Shown here one piece after another: positions 48,540 through 57,093 of a stretch of DNA of 64,000 nucleotides; the stretch's first letter is position 1, and every line of letters begins with the position of its first letter. The notes below the pieces were generated by a model. It worked only from the letters and a program-made list of their open reading frames with translations. It was not told the DNA's origin and made no database searches. The stretch is from Candidatus Saccharimonadales bacterium (GTDB lineage: Bacteria > Patescibacteriota > Saccharimonadia > Saccharimonadales > OMJO01), in assembly GCA_035480035.1 (NCBI GenBank), contig DATIID010000001.1, positions 201,323 through 265,322 on the forward strand. Direction: 5' to 3'. The position numbers were made by a program, and so were the translations under genes.

Positions 48540-49843
48540 GACTTGCGAAAATCTTTGACAATACTAACGACACGTTGCAAACTATGTTTTTCTTCGCTAT
48601 TGGAAGCCAGATTTCTTAATACGAATTGTTCACTGTCAAGCTCTTTGTTGCCAATAAATAAAGCGTATCTAATGTTTTTCTTAACGGCGGTTTTGAGCTG
48701 TTTCTCGGTTTTTTGGCTAACACTACCCATAACTACATTAACTCCCATTTCTCGGAGTTCGGCGATTACTTTTTGCGCCGGCTTATAAACGTCGCCGATT
48801 AAAATCGCAAAAATATCAGCTTCAACATTTAGCACCGGCATTAATTCGTGTAACTCTAGGAAGTTGGCTAGCGTCACATCACCCATGCCAAAACCAACAG
48901 TTGGCACTGGCTCAACGTCAAACTGAGCAATCAGACCATCGTAACGACCACCGCCAAACATGGATCGGTTATTGTCAGGATGGTTATCGAATACTTCGAA
49001 GACAATATCGTTATAATAGTCAAAACCCCTCATTAGCGATGGATCAAATTCGATATTGGTGACGCCAATATCGGTCAATAATTTAATTAACTGTTTTAAT
49101 TCCTCGACTGAGCCAACTGATTGCAAAGCTGTGGGTAGCTCATCAAGCGAAGTCAATTTCAAAAAATCAAGTAGTTGTTGTGGTGAACTTTTGTCTCGTT
49201 GGGCTGGGTTAAATAAGCCTTCAACTTGCCCAGCAAATTCAGCGTAATCCATTTTATGCAGTTTATCGATCAAATGGATTAAGGTTGATGCTTGAACTTG
49301 ATCAAGCCCTAAAATATCTTTAATTAATTTATCGATCAATTTGCGGCTGTTAAGTTTAATCGTGTAACTACTGCGCTTAGCACCAAATGCTTGCATGATG
49401 GCGTCAGCCACTTCAATAACTTCGACTTCAGCTTGGATGTCGGCAACTCCAAACACATCTATATTTAATTGCCAAAATTCTCGCAGCCGTCCACGTTGGG
49501 GTCGCTCGTAACGCCAAAAGTTAGGGATTGAATACCACCTTAGTGGATACACTAATTGCTGGCGTTTAGCGGCGACCATCCGAGTGACAGACGGTGTCAT
49601 CTCTGGACGAATAGTCACACTACGGCCACCGCGATCGATAAATGTATACGTTTGTTCATCGACAATTTCATCGCTGGTTTTAGATACAAACAGTTCAGTT
49701 AACTCCAAAATTGGGGCATCATATTCTTCGTATCCATAACTCTCCGCAACACGACGCATCACACTGAAGATATACTTTTGTAAGCGTTTATCTTCCGGGT
49801 AAAAATCGCGCGCACCCTTATATGGTTGAGTTGATAGAGCCAT
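48536..49843 (-). CDS. hisS: Histidine--tRNA ligase
   Basis: Class II motifs (KGARDFYPED, RYERPQRGRLREFWQ, GGGRYDGL). Confidence 0.95.
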   Translation of the reverse strand: MALSTQPYKGARDFYPEDKRLQKYIFSVMRRVAESYGYEEYDAPILELTELFVSKTSDEIVDEQTYTFIDRGGRSVTIRPEMTPSVTRMVAAKRQQLVYPLRWYSIPNFWRYERPQRGRLREFWQLNIDVFGVADIQAEVEVIEVADAIMQAFGAKRSSYTIKLNSRKLIDKLIKDILGLDQVQASTLIHLIDKLHKMDYAEFAGQVEGLFNPAQRDKSSPQQLLDFLKLTSLDELPTALQSVGSVEELKQLIKLLTDIGVTNIEFDPSLMRGFDYYNDIVFEVFDNHPDNNRSMFGGGRYDGLIAQFDVEPVPTVGFGMGDVTLANFLELHELMPVLNVEADIFAILIGDVYKPAQKVIAELREMGVNVVMGSVSQKTEKQLKTAVKKNIRYALFIGNKELDSEQFVLRNLASNSEEKHSLQRVVSIVKDFRKS

Positions 49844-49893
49844 GCTTAATACCGATTATAACCTATATCGTTTTTAGTATTTAAATCAATGCC

Positions 49894-51447
49894 CTAGAGT
49901 ATTTCTTCTTGCTTCTGGTCCATAAAACTCATCCATTGACGAATCAGTTTAAGAACTGTCTTCAAAGGCAGCTCAATCATAATATCCAGTATGTTGCCAA
50001 TAATGTTAATCTTGGCGTATCTTCCAGATAACCACTGACCGACAATAATAAAAGGTAAGTAAAAATAATCTCTAATCGAGGCTAATAAACCGCTCGATCG
50101 ACGCGTACCAAACTCAACCTCCCTGATTCGACCACCCAATCTGAAGCCTAAAAAGCTAGCTGTTGATAAAAACGTAAAGAAAATGATAACTTGCGGTACC
50201 GTAAAGTGAAGCAATCTAAGTACATAAACTACAATCGCAAAGGGAATTAATATAACAATTGTATGAATCCAACCGGCTATAGCACTTGGTGAAGTCGACT
50301 TTTTCATAAGTAACAAAGGCGGTTGGTCATCGGTATAAAGGGCGGTGTCGATATAACTTTCTAGCGTGGCAACATTATCGTGGTCAGGTAGACGGAGACC
50401 TAGTTTTAAACTGGCCATATAAAGTGGCGGTGTGGCTAAATTTATAAACAGCGGCAAAACACCTATGGCACCACTAGTTAATAAATCATATGGTATTTCA
50501 ATACCCAGACCAATAATTGTCTTAGTGATTAAGATAAAAATTATACTTTTAATAATTCCGCGGTCAACGCGCTGCCTAACTTGTGAGAACTCAATTTCAA
50601 TTTGACGCTTATATAGAGACAGAAATTGTTTTCGGTTAGCTAGTACGTCAACAAAATCTGGATAGTCATCAGCCAGACTGTTTAAAATCCGAAATGGTGC
50701 ACCATTTTTAAGTATTAATCGGCGTAGTCGCCCGGTTAACTTTAAACTATAGAGTTCGTTAACCTTTTGGTTGAACAAAATAAAGCCTTTTATGTCTTTT
50801 TGATCCTGATGATAAACTCGAACCAAATCATGCCGGATAACCGCAGTATCCGACTTGAACAATGCTAAGTGAATGGCCACATATAAGGCAATCTCAAATT
50901 GTTCAGCCTCAGTTTGATTAAAGACTAGTTGGTCTTTGGGTAACAATTTTAAAAAGTGTTGGTGAGCGACATATAGCACTACCGAATGGTAGCTGTGCGG
51001 GTTAAGCAGGCTCTCAATTTCGATCGACAAAATCGACAGTATCCAGTCTTGAGCCTGATCTTTATGAACTCTGGCCCGGCGTAAGCTATTGTAGGTCTTT
51101 AGATAATCATCAACTAGCTCATTAATTTGGCCGGCAATTTTCTGGCCGAAATCGGCATCTTTTAAATAACCGGCTTGGACTAATTCGATAATCAAGTCCT
51201 CGCCCAGGTCCGATAAGTCGAGTTGGCTAAGATACATCCGGCGTTTTAAAAAACGTCTAATCGCTCGTTGCAATAACAGATGATCTTCAGCATATTCAGC
51301 AGCGTTTCGGAGTTGTTCGTAGGCTAATGAAATTGTTTTGCCTGTTTTGGGCACTACTATTTTTTTGCCAACCGTCGCGTTTTTCTTTAGCGATAGGTCG
51401 TTTTGACGAGCATAAATTAACTGTTGATGTAATAAATCAAATAGCAT
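49894..51447 (-). CDS. Hypothetical large membrane protein (517 aa)
   Basis: Soluble helical N-terminal ~290 aa followed by several TM helices. No motif recognised. Confidence 0.7.
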   Translation of the reverse strand: MLFDLLHQQLIYARQNDLSLKKNATVGKKIVVPKTGKTISLAYEQLRNAAEYAEDHLLLQRAIRRFLKRRMYLSQLDLSDLGEDLIIELVQAGYLKDADFGQKIAGQINELVDDYLKTYNSLRRARVHKDQAQDWILSILSIEIESLLNPHSYHSVVLYVAHQHFLKLLPKDQLVFNQTEAEQFEIALYVAIHLALFKSDTAVIRHDLVRVYHQDQKDIKGFILFNQKVNELYSLKLTGRLRRLILKNGAPFRILNSLADDYPDFVDVLANRKQFLSLYKRQIEIEFSQVRQRVDRGIIKSIIFILITKTIIGLGIEIPYDLLTSGAIGVLPLFINLATPPLYMASLKLGLRLPDHDNVATLESYIDTALYTDDQPPLLLMKKSTSPSAIAGWIHTIVILIPFAIVVYVLRLLHFTVPQVIIFFTFLSTASFLGFRLGGRIREVEFGTRRSSGLLASIRDYFYLPFIIVGQWLSGRYAKINIIGNILDIMIELPLKTVLKLIRQWMSFMDQKQEEIL

Positions 51448-51505
51448 CGTTCTAATAATGACTTTGTCTTAGTTGGAGGTCAAATCGTTCGCTGATACTT
51501 GGCCA

Positions 51506-51590
51506 TGGTGCGCGAGAAAGGACTTGAACCTTCACGCCTTGCGGCACTAGCTCCTAAGGCTAGCGTGTCTACCAATTCCACCACTCGCGC
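51506..51590 (-). tRNA. tRNA-Leu (anticodon TAG)
   Basis: 85 nt with a long variable arm. Anticodon loop CTTAGGA, T-loop GGTTCAAGTCC, encoded CCA. Confidence 0.9.
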
Positions 51591-51603
51591 TTGCCTGCCT
51601 ATT

Positions 51604-52140
51604 CTAACCTGTTCGCTGATAAAAAACTAGCTTGGCATCGCCATATGATTTAACGCTAATCAGATGAAATAACGACTCATCCAACTCAGCGTCAGCTAAA
51701 GGTGGCAATGATATAACAATGACACTAGGAATTTTAGTATGACTAGCTAGCTTTCGAAGCTGATCACGACGAATGTCATTATACGGTGGATCCATAACCA
51801 CAATGTCAAACTTGTGGTTCGGATGTCGCTGTGACCAACTTTTAACTGTCAGACGATTAGCCGTCACTTGTGATTCTAGGTTTAGGGCCTTAATGTTTCT
51901 ACCTATGGCCTTAAAGGCTTCCCCATCTTGTTCAATCGCAACGGCGCTTTTAGCACCCCGACTAATGGCTTCGAAGCTAATTGCCCCGCTCCCCGCATAG
52001 GCATCTAGTAAAGTTAAGCCATTTATGTCACCTAAGCTGTTAAACAAAGCACCTCGTATTTTATCACTCATTGGGTGTGTTCGATGACCGTGCGGACTAT
52101 CGAATTGGCGACCACCTAATTTGCCGCCAATCACTCTCAT
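51604..52140 (-). CDS. rsmD: 16S rRNA (guanine966-N2)-methyltransferase RsmD family
   Basis: SAM-binding LDAYAGSG and catalytic DPPY motifs. ~180 aa. Confidence 0.85.
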   Translation of the reverse strand: MRVIGGKLGGRQFDSPHGHRTHPMSDKIRGALFNSLGDINGLTLLDAYAGSGAISFEAISRGAKSAVAIEQDGEAFKAIGRNIKALNLESQVTANRLTVKSWSQRHPNHKFDIVVMDPPYNDIRRDQLRKLASHTKIPSVIVISLPPLADAELDESLFHLISVKSYGDAKLVFYQRTG

Positions 52141-52952
52141 TTAACTAAGCCCGCTTCAATGAGGGCTGAGTACCAAGCTAACGTAACCATTTGCACCATG
52201 GCCGGACCAAGTCGATGCCGGACTTGGTAAGCTAGTTTCGGCGTCCAGCCTTTTTTGTAATAAAGTCCGTACATATCAAGCACCGCAATTTCACGGGCGG
52301 TATGCTTAAACCGCTCGATCAAACCAATGTCTTCTAACTCCTTTAAGTCTTCCTTATTTGGCATTACGTCACCAAAGCCTAGTGGGGCAATTATGGTAGC
52401 TACGCCCATTTCGAACAATCCATGGGTAGTAAACAAGCCTTTAGGCCCCCACATTTTCCAATTATTGCGAACTTTTTGGCTGGTCGTCACACCTGGCATG
52501 ACAATCTTTTCTTTAATTGAATTGCGACTCTCCAGACCCTCGCCACCACGCAGTTCAAGTAGTTTTTTTTCGTATGGATAGTGGTGGGCTGGCGTCAAAC
52601 CGTCAACAATGGCATGAGCCAGCCAGGCAGCTTCAAAGGCGACTCGCTCATTGTTATGGGCTTTTAATTCTTGAACCAGCTTTTGATAATGGCCATTAAT
52701 CAGCTCAATCAGCTGTGAATCATTCTCATCGAACGGGCTGAAGTAATGCCAAGGCTCATCTTTAGCCGGACTCTTTCGTTTAATCGCATCTGGACCATTC
52801 CTGCCCTCAAACTGCAAAATTGCCTTGGTTTTTGGAAATACTGAATTATCTTTTAATAATTTAGCAAGGTGGTTACGGGCCACTCGGTCAATCTTTTGAT
52901 GACCACCCATGAGACGACCGGACATTTTAGTTAAGGTTGTGCCGCTATACAT
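52137..52952 (-). CDS. Hypothetical protein, possibly of the zinc-dependent phospholipase C / S1-P1 nuclease-like fold
   Basis: His/Asp-rich spacing (GGHQKIDR, WHYFSPFDE, LAHAIVDGLTPAHH). The assignment is tentative. Confidence 0.4.
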   Translation of the reverse strand: MYSGTTLTKMSGRLMGGHQKIDRVARNHLAKLLKDNSVFPKTKAILQFEGRNGPDAIKRKSPAKDEPWHYFSPFDENDSQLIELINGHYQKLVQELKAHNNERVAFEAAWLAHAIVDGLTPAHHYPYEKKLLELRGGEGLESRNSIKEKIVMPGVTTSQKVRNNWKMWGPKGLFTTHGLFEMGVATIIAPLGFGDVMPNKEDLKELEDIGLIERFKHTAREIAVLDMYGLYYKKGWTPKLAYQVRHRLGPAMVQMVTLAWYSALIEAGLVK

Positions 52953-52963
52953 AATAAAAATTT

Positions 52964-55000
52964 TTAGTTCAAACTGGTAACTGCTCGGAGCGATAAAATC
53001 CGCGCGGATAGATGTTTGTATTTTACCAGATTTTCACCCTTATCGATGAACATTTGTGCCGCACTACGAGCCGCCGAAATCAATTTAACATCGGTTAGCT
53101 TGGCCACCCGTAGATCCAGGACACCATGCTGAATTGTGCCATAGATCGCACCTGGCCCACGAATTTCTAGATCTAATTCAGCCAATTTAAATCCATCATT
53201 GCTTTGTTCAATAGCCTTGAGACGTCGACTGGGCGATTGGCTGTCACCAAGCATCAAGTAGCAGTAGCCCTGTTGATGGCTACGACCAACCCGACCGCGC
53301 AATTGATGAATTTGGGCCAAGCCAAACCGTTCGGCGTTTTCAATTAACATGACCGATGCGTTGGGCACATCAACCCCAACTTCAATAACTGTTGTGGTCA
53401 CCAACATATCAATTTGACCAGCCGAAAACTGGCTCATAACTTTGTCTTTTAAGTCATTTTTTAATTTACCGTGCAGTAAGCCTAGTCTGTATGATTTAAA
53501 TGGGCCAGTCGATAATTGCTGATAGAGGTGTTCGGCCGATTCGACCGCCAGACTAGTTGACTCAGTAATAATTGGGCAAACTACAAAAACTTGTCGCCCG
53601 CTGTCAAGTTCTTGCTTAATGGTTTGGTAGAGTTGAGGCCGCGAATTTGGCGAGTAAAGTTTGGTGATAATTGGCTGACGACCGGCTGGTTTAGTGGAGA
53701 TAACCGAGATATCTAATTCGCCATAAAGCGTCAGCGCAAGGCTGCGCGGAATTGGTGTAGCCGTTAAACTAAGAATGTGAGGCATATGGCCGGCTTTAGC
53801 CTGAAGTTTTTTACGTTGTTCGACGCCAAAACGATGTTGTTCATCAATAATAATTAAACCCAGCCGATGGATGTCGACCTTTTGGCTGGTTAAAGCGTGA
53901 GTGCCGACTATAAACTGAGTACGACCAGCTTTGATATCTTGTTGGATTTTGGTTTTTTGGTTCGGCTTTAGACTACCAACCAGTAGACCGACTCGGTCAG
54001 CTAATCCCAAAGGTTTTAATAGTTGTTGGATAGTTTCGGCATGTTGTCGAGCCAACAACTCAGTCGGCGCCATAAAAGCAACTTGAAAATCTTGTTTAAT
54101 AGCCATCACTGCGGCCATCGTAGCCACCACAGTTTTACCAGAGCCAACGTCACCTTCAACTAATCGGTTCATCGGCTGGTCACGACCAATATCTTGATAA
54201 ATTTGCCAGATAACTTGACGTTGGTTATCGGTCAATTGAAACGGTAGGTGTTTAATAAAGTCTTTGGCCAGATTTAAGTCAAATTTAATATTTAGAGCAT
54301 GCTCGCCAGTTAATTCCATTTTGTTTAGTAAAGCGGCTAGAGTTAATTCAAAAACCTCTTCAAAGCCCAGCCGACGCCTAGCTTCATCAAGCATTTGCTG
54401 ATCACCTGGAAAGTGTATTGCTATAATCGCCTCGGCTCGGCTGATTAGTTTTTGGCTTGTGATTAGCCAGCTCGGTAGTGTTTCGGGCAGACTTTTAATA
54501 ATTGGTGCAATTTGTCTAATTAATTTACGTACTTGAAATGAACGTAGGCCCTTTGTTTCTCGATAAATTGGCACGATTCGAGCAGTATTAACCGGGAAGG
54601 CACTGACTAGTTCCATTGACGGATTCATGATAGCCAACCGCTGTCGACTAAGCTCAAAATCACCCGATATATAATAATTGGCATCTAATTTAATGGCTTT
54701 GGCACGATATGGTTGATTAAACCAAACCAAGCGAACACTGGCCGATTGATCACTGGCTACTGCCTCAGTTATATGCAGACCGCGTCGGACGTAACGGCCT
54801 CGGGCTTGTTTGATTTTAGCTTGAATCGTTACATGGCCAGGCTTAATTTGTTTAATCGATTCCACTTTCGAATAGTCGTCATAACGACGCGGATAAAAAT
54901 TAATTAAGTCATCGACAGTATTAACACCAATTACGTCATACTTTTTGGCTAAAACACTACCGACACCTTTAAGCTCATCTACTGGATTACTTAACTTCAT
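52964..55000 (-). CDS. recG: ATP-dependent DNA helicase RecG
   Basis: Wedge/OB N-terminus. Helicase motifs GDVGSGKT, DEQHRFG and QLRGRVGR. Confidence 0.95.
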   Translation of the reverse strand: MKLSNPVDELKGVGSVLAKKYDVIGVNTVDDLINFYPRRYDDYSKVESIKQIKPGHVTIQAKIKQARGRYVRRGLHITEAVASDQSASVRLVWFNQPYRAKAIKLDANYYISGDFELSRQRLAIMNPSMELVSAFPVNTARIVPIYRETKGLRSFQVRKLIRQIAPIIKSLPETLPSWLITSQKLISRAEAIIAIHFPGDQQMLDEARRRLGFEEVFELTLAALLNKMELTGEHALNIKFDLNLAKDFIKHLPFQLTDNQRQVIWQIYQDIGRDQPMNRLVEGDVGSGKTVVATMAAVMAIKQDFQVAFMAPTELLARQHAETIQQLLKPLGLADRVGLLVGSLKPNQKTKIQQDIKAGRTQFIVGTHALTSQKVDIHRLGLIIIDEQHRFGVEQRKKLQAKAGHMPHILSLTATPIPRSLALTLYGELDISVISTKPAGRQPIITKLYSPNSRPQLYQTIKQELDSGRQVFVVCPIITESTSLAVESAEHLYQQLSTGPFKSYRLGLLHGKLKNDLKDKVMSQFSAGQIDMLVTTTVIEVGVDVPNASVMLIENAERFGLAQIHQLRGRVGRSHQQGYCYLMLGDSQSPSRRLKAIEQSNDGFKLAELDLEIRGPGAIYGTIQHGVLDLRVAKLTDVKLISAARSAAQMFIDKGENLVKYKHLSARILSLRAVTSLN

Positions 55001-55017
55001 GGCCTAAGTATAAAGGA

Positions 55018-55779
55018 CTAGGCTTTTTTGATAAGGAAGAAGATGCTAGGGCCAAAGTAGGTTTTGGCCAGTAGTGGCTGGAGGCCAGTTTCAATAACTA
55101 GCATTAATTGTTTGTGCATCACTTTTTTGAGCGCCGGGCTCCTTAAGTTTGACACCGATAAGACCTTTTCAACCTTTAGGCCGGCATGAGCTAACTGATT
55201 AATGACAGTTTTAGGATTGTGATTAACAAAAGCAATCTCTTCATTTCGGCGATTAGCTTTGGAACGAATATCAACTGGTAACTCCGGTAATTTTTGGCCG
55301 CGAATAAAATGCTTGAAACGATTTTGGGCGTGAGCATAATTAGCCACTTCTAAAATTAAGTAACCATCTTTATTCAAAACTCGGGCCAATTCCTTAAACT
55401 CAGCACTAGGGTCAGGTAAGTGGTGCATTACGCGCACCATGGTAATCAAATCTACCGAATTATCAGCGAACTTTAAATCGTCGGCCTGCATTAGTTGACG
55501 ATCAATCTTGGGATGATCCTTTAAAAAGTCAGCCGCAATATCAAGTTGCTGCTGTGACGGTTCAGCTAAGATAACCTTGTCGGCAAATTTTTCAAGCAAA
55601 ATACATAGCCGGCCGTAGCCACCACCGATATCTGCGGCTAACTTAAAGTGCTTACCACCGAGTAGACGTTTGATAGCAATCGCTTCGGATTCGTTCTCGT
55701 AATCACGACCGTCCCAATAATGCAGATAATTGTGGTTTAGATCATTATATTGGTCAGCTTTTTTATGGGCTTTAGTCAT
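55018..55779 (-). CDS. Class I SAM-dependent methyltransferase
   Basis: Motif I DIGGGYGR plus downstream methyltransferase motifs. The ORF overlaps the tyrS stop. Confidence 0.8.
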   Translation of the reverse strand: MTKAHKKADQYNDLNHNYLHYWDGRDYENESEAIAIKRLLGGKHFKLAADIGGGYGRLCILLEKFADKVILAEPSQQQLDIAADFLKDHPKIDRQLMQADDLKFADNSVDLITMVRVMHHLPDPSAEFKELARVLNKDGYLILEVANYAHAQNRFKHFIRGQKLPELPVDIRSKANRRNEEIAFVNHNPKTVINQLAHAGLKVEKVLSVSNLRSPALKKVMHKQLMLVIETGLQPLLAKTYFGPSIFFLIKKA

Positions 55780-56989
55780 GAAGTTTAAGTCTAATTACAG
55801 CTGTGTTTTTGAGAGTCTTGCCCCTTCTTAGAAGTATAAACCCATTGTTAACATCCGATTGCTCAAAACGCTCTTTTGTAGTCTGTTTTCCGTTAATATA
55901 AACGCCACCGGACCCTAAAAGTTTACGAGCTTCGCTTTTAGAATTTGCTAAGCCCGAATCTATTAATGCTGAGGCAATGTCTCCATCACTTATATAAATA
56001 TCAGGTGGCAGTGTCGTTGTAGTTGTTGATGTAATAGTTTGTGCGCGAGATCTTGCTTTTTCTGCTTCGTCCTCTCCATGGACAATCTTAGTCACTTCGT
56101 AAGCTAAAGTTTTTTGAGCCCATCTACTGGGTTTGTCTTTTTCAAAATCAGTCATAACTTTGGCGATATGCAGTTGGTCAAGTTCGGTGTAAATCTTGAG
56201 ATATTCGCCCACACTATCATCATCAACATTAACCCAGAACTGATAAAAATCATGAGGTGAAGTCATGGATGGATCGAGCCAGATCGCGCCAGCTTCACTT
56301 TTGCCAAATTTTTGGCCGGTTGCATTATCTATAACCAAGTTCATTGTCATGGCATCAACTTCTTTACCCCGAACTTTGCGAATTAGCTCCACACCGGACA
56401 AGCAATTACCCCACTGGTCCGAACCGCCTAACTGAAGAGTTGTACCGTAATTATCAAATAGGTGAAGATAATCATAGCCCTGCAAAATGGTGTAGCTAAA
56501 TTCGGCGTAACTAATGCCACTGCCTCCCAGACCTAGACGTGTTGTAATGTAATCCCGTTGGATTAGTGGCGTCATCGAAAAATGCTTACCAACATCCCGC
56601 AAAAACGGCAGAACTTTTAGATCTTTAGTCCAATCCAGGTTATTTACTAACGTAAATTTATGCTCATTAAAAACTTGTTTAAGCTGGTCCTCAGCAGCAG
56701 CGACATTTTGGGCAATAGCAGCTTCGCTTTGTAATTGCCGTTCTTCATATTTGCCACCTGGATCACCTATTAAGCTAGTTGAACCGCCAGCCAAGATAAT
56801 TGCCTGATAACCATGTCGCATAAACACTTTGTCAAACATCATGGCCGCCAAGTTACCAATAGTTTGGGAATTAGCTGAGGCGTCATAGCCGTGATAAAAA
56901 GTCCGTTTGGCCTTATCAAGTTGTTTTAAGTCTTTGAGCGTAGTCTGATTAACAAAGCCGCGCCAAGTTAATTCTTCAGATAGTGTCAT
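55772..56989 (-). CDS. tyrS: Tyrosine--tRNA ligase with a C-terminal S4 domain and a non-canonical TIGN in place of HIGH
   Basis: Aligns by eye with bacterial TyrRS (ELTWRGFVNQTT, LIGDPGGK, KFGKS). The HIGH position reads TIGN (56852-56863). Confidence 0.9.
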   Translation of the reverse strand: MTLSEELTWRGFVNQTTLKDLKQLDKAKRTFYHGYDASANSQTIGNLAAMMFDKVFMRHGYQAIILAGGSTSLIGDPGGKYEERQLQSEAAIAQNVAAAEDQLKQVFNEHKFTLVNNLDWTKDLKVLPFLRDVGKHFSMTPLIQRDYITTRLGLGGSGISYAEFSYTILQGYDYLHLFDNYGTTLQLGGSDQWGNCLSGVELIRKVRGKEVDAMTMNLVIDNATGQKFGKSEAGAIWLDPSMTSPHDFYQFWVNVDDDSVGEYLKIYTELDQLHIAKVMTDFEKDKPSRWAQKTLAYEVTKIVHGEDEAEKARSRAQTITSTTTTTLPPDIYISDGDIASALIDSGLANSKSEARKLLGSGGVYINGKQTTKERFEQSDVNNGFILLRRGKTLKNTAVIRLKLHD

Positions 56990-56999
56990 GCTAATCCAA

Positions 57000-57041
57000 A
57001 GTATACCTTTGTCATTGCCTACCAGGCAAATTTGCTATAAT
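57000..57041. promoter_or_regulatory. Divergent promoter region between tyrS and the PBP gene, containing a palindrome
   Basis: Palindrome TTGCCT-ACC-AGGCAA (57015-57029). Plus strand: TGCTATAAT extended -10 (57033-57041). Minus strand: TTGCCT, 18 nt, TATACT (57000-57005). Confidence 0.3.
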
Positions 57042-57093
57042 GGGTCTACATGAATATTGCTGGGCTTTCAAGTAGTGGGGACATAATTAAGCT

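Noticed and set aside
56990-57093. Possible T-box riboswitch upstream of tyrS.
   Set aside because: The leader is only ~100 nt. I saw no T-box consensus, specifier-loop architecture or terminator/antiterminator pair.
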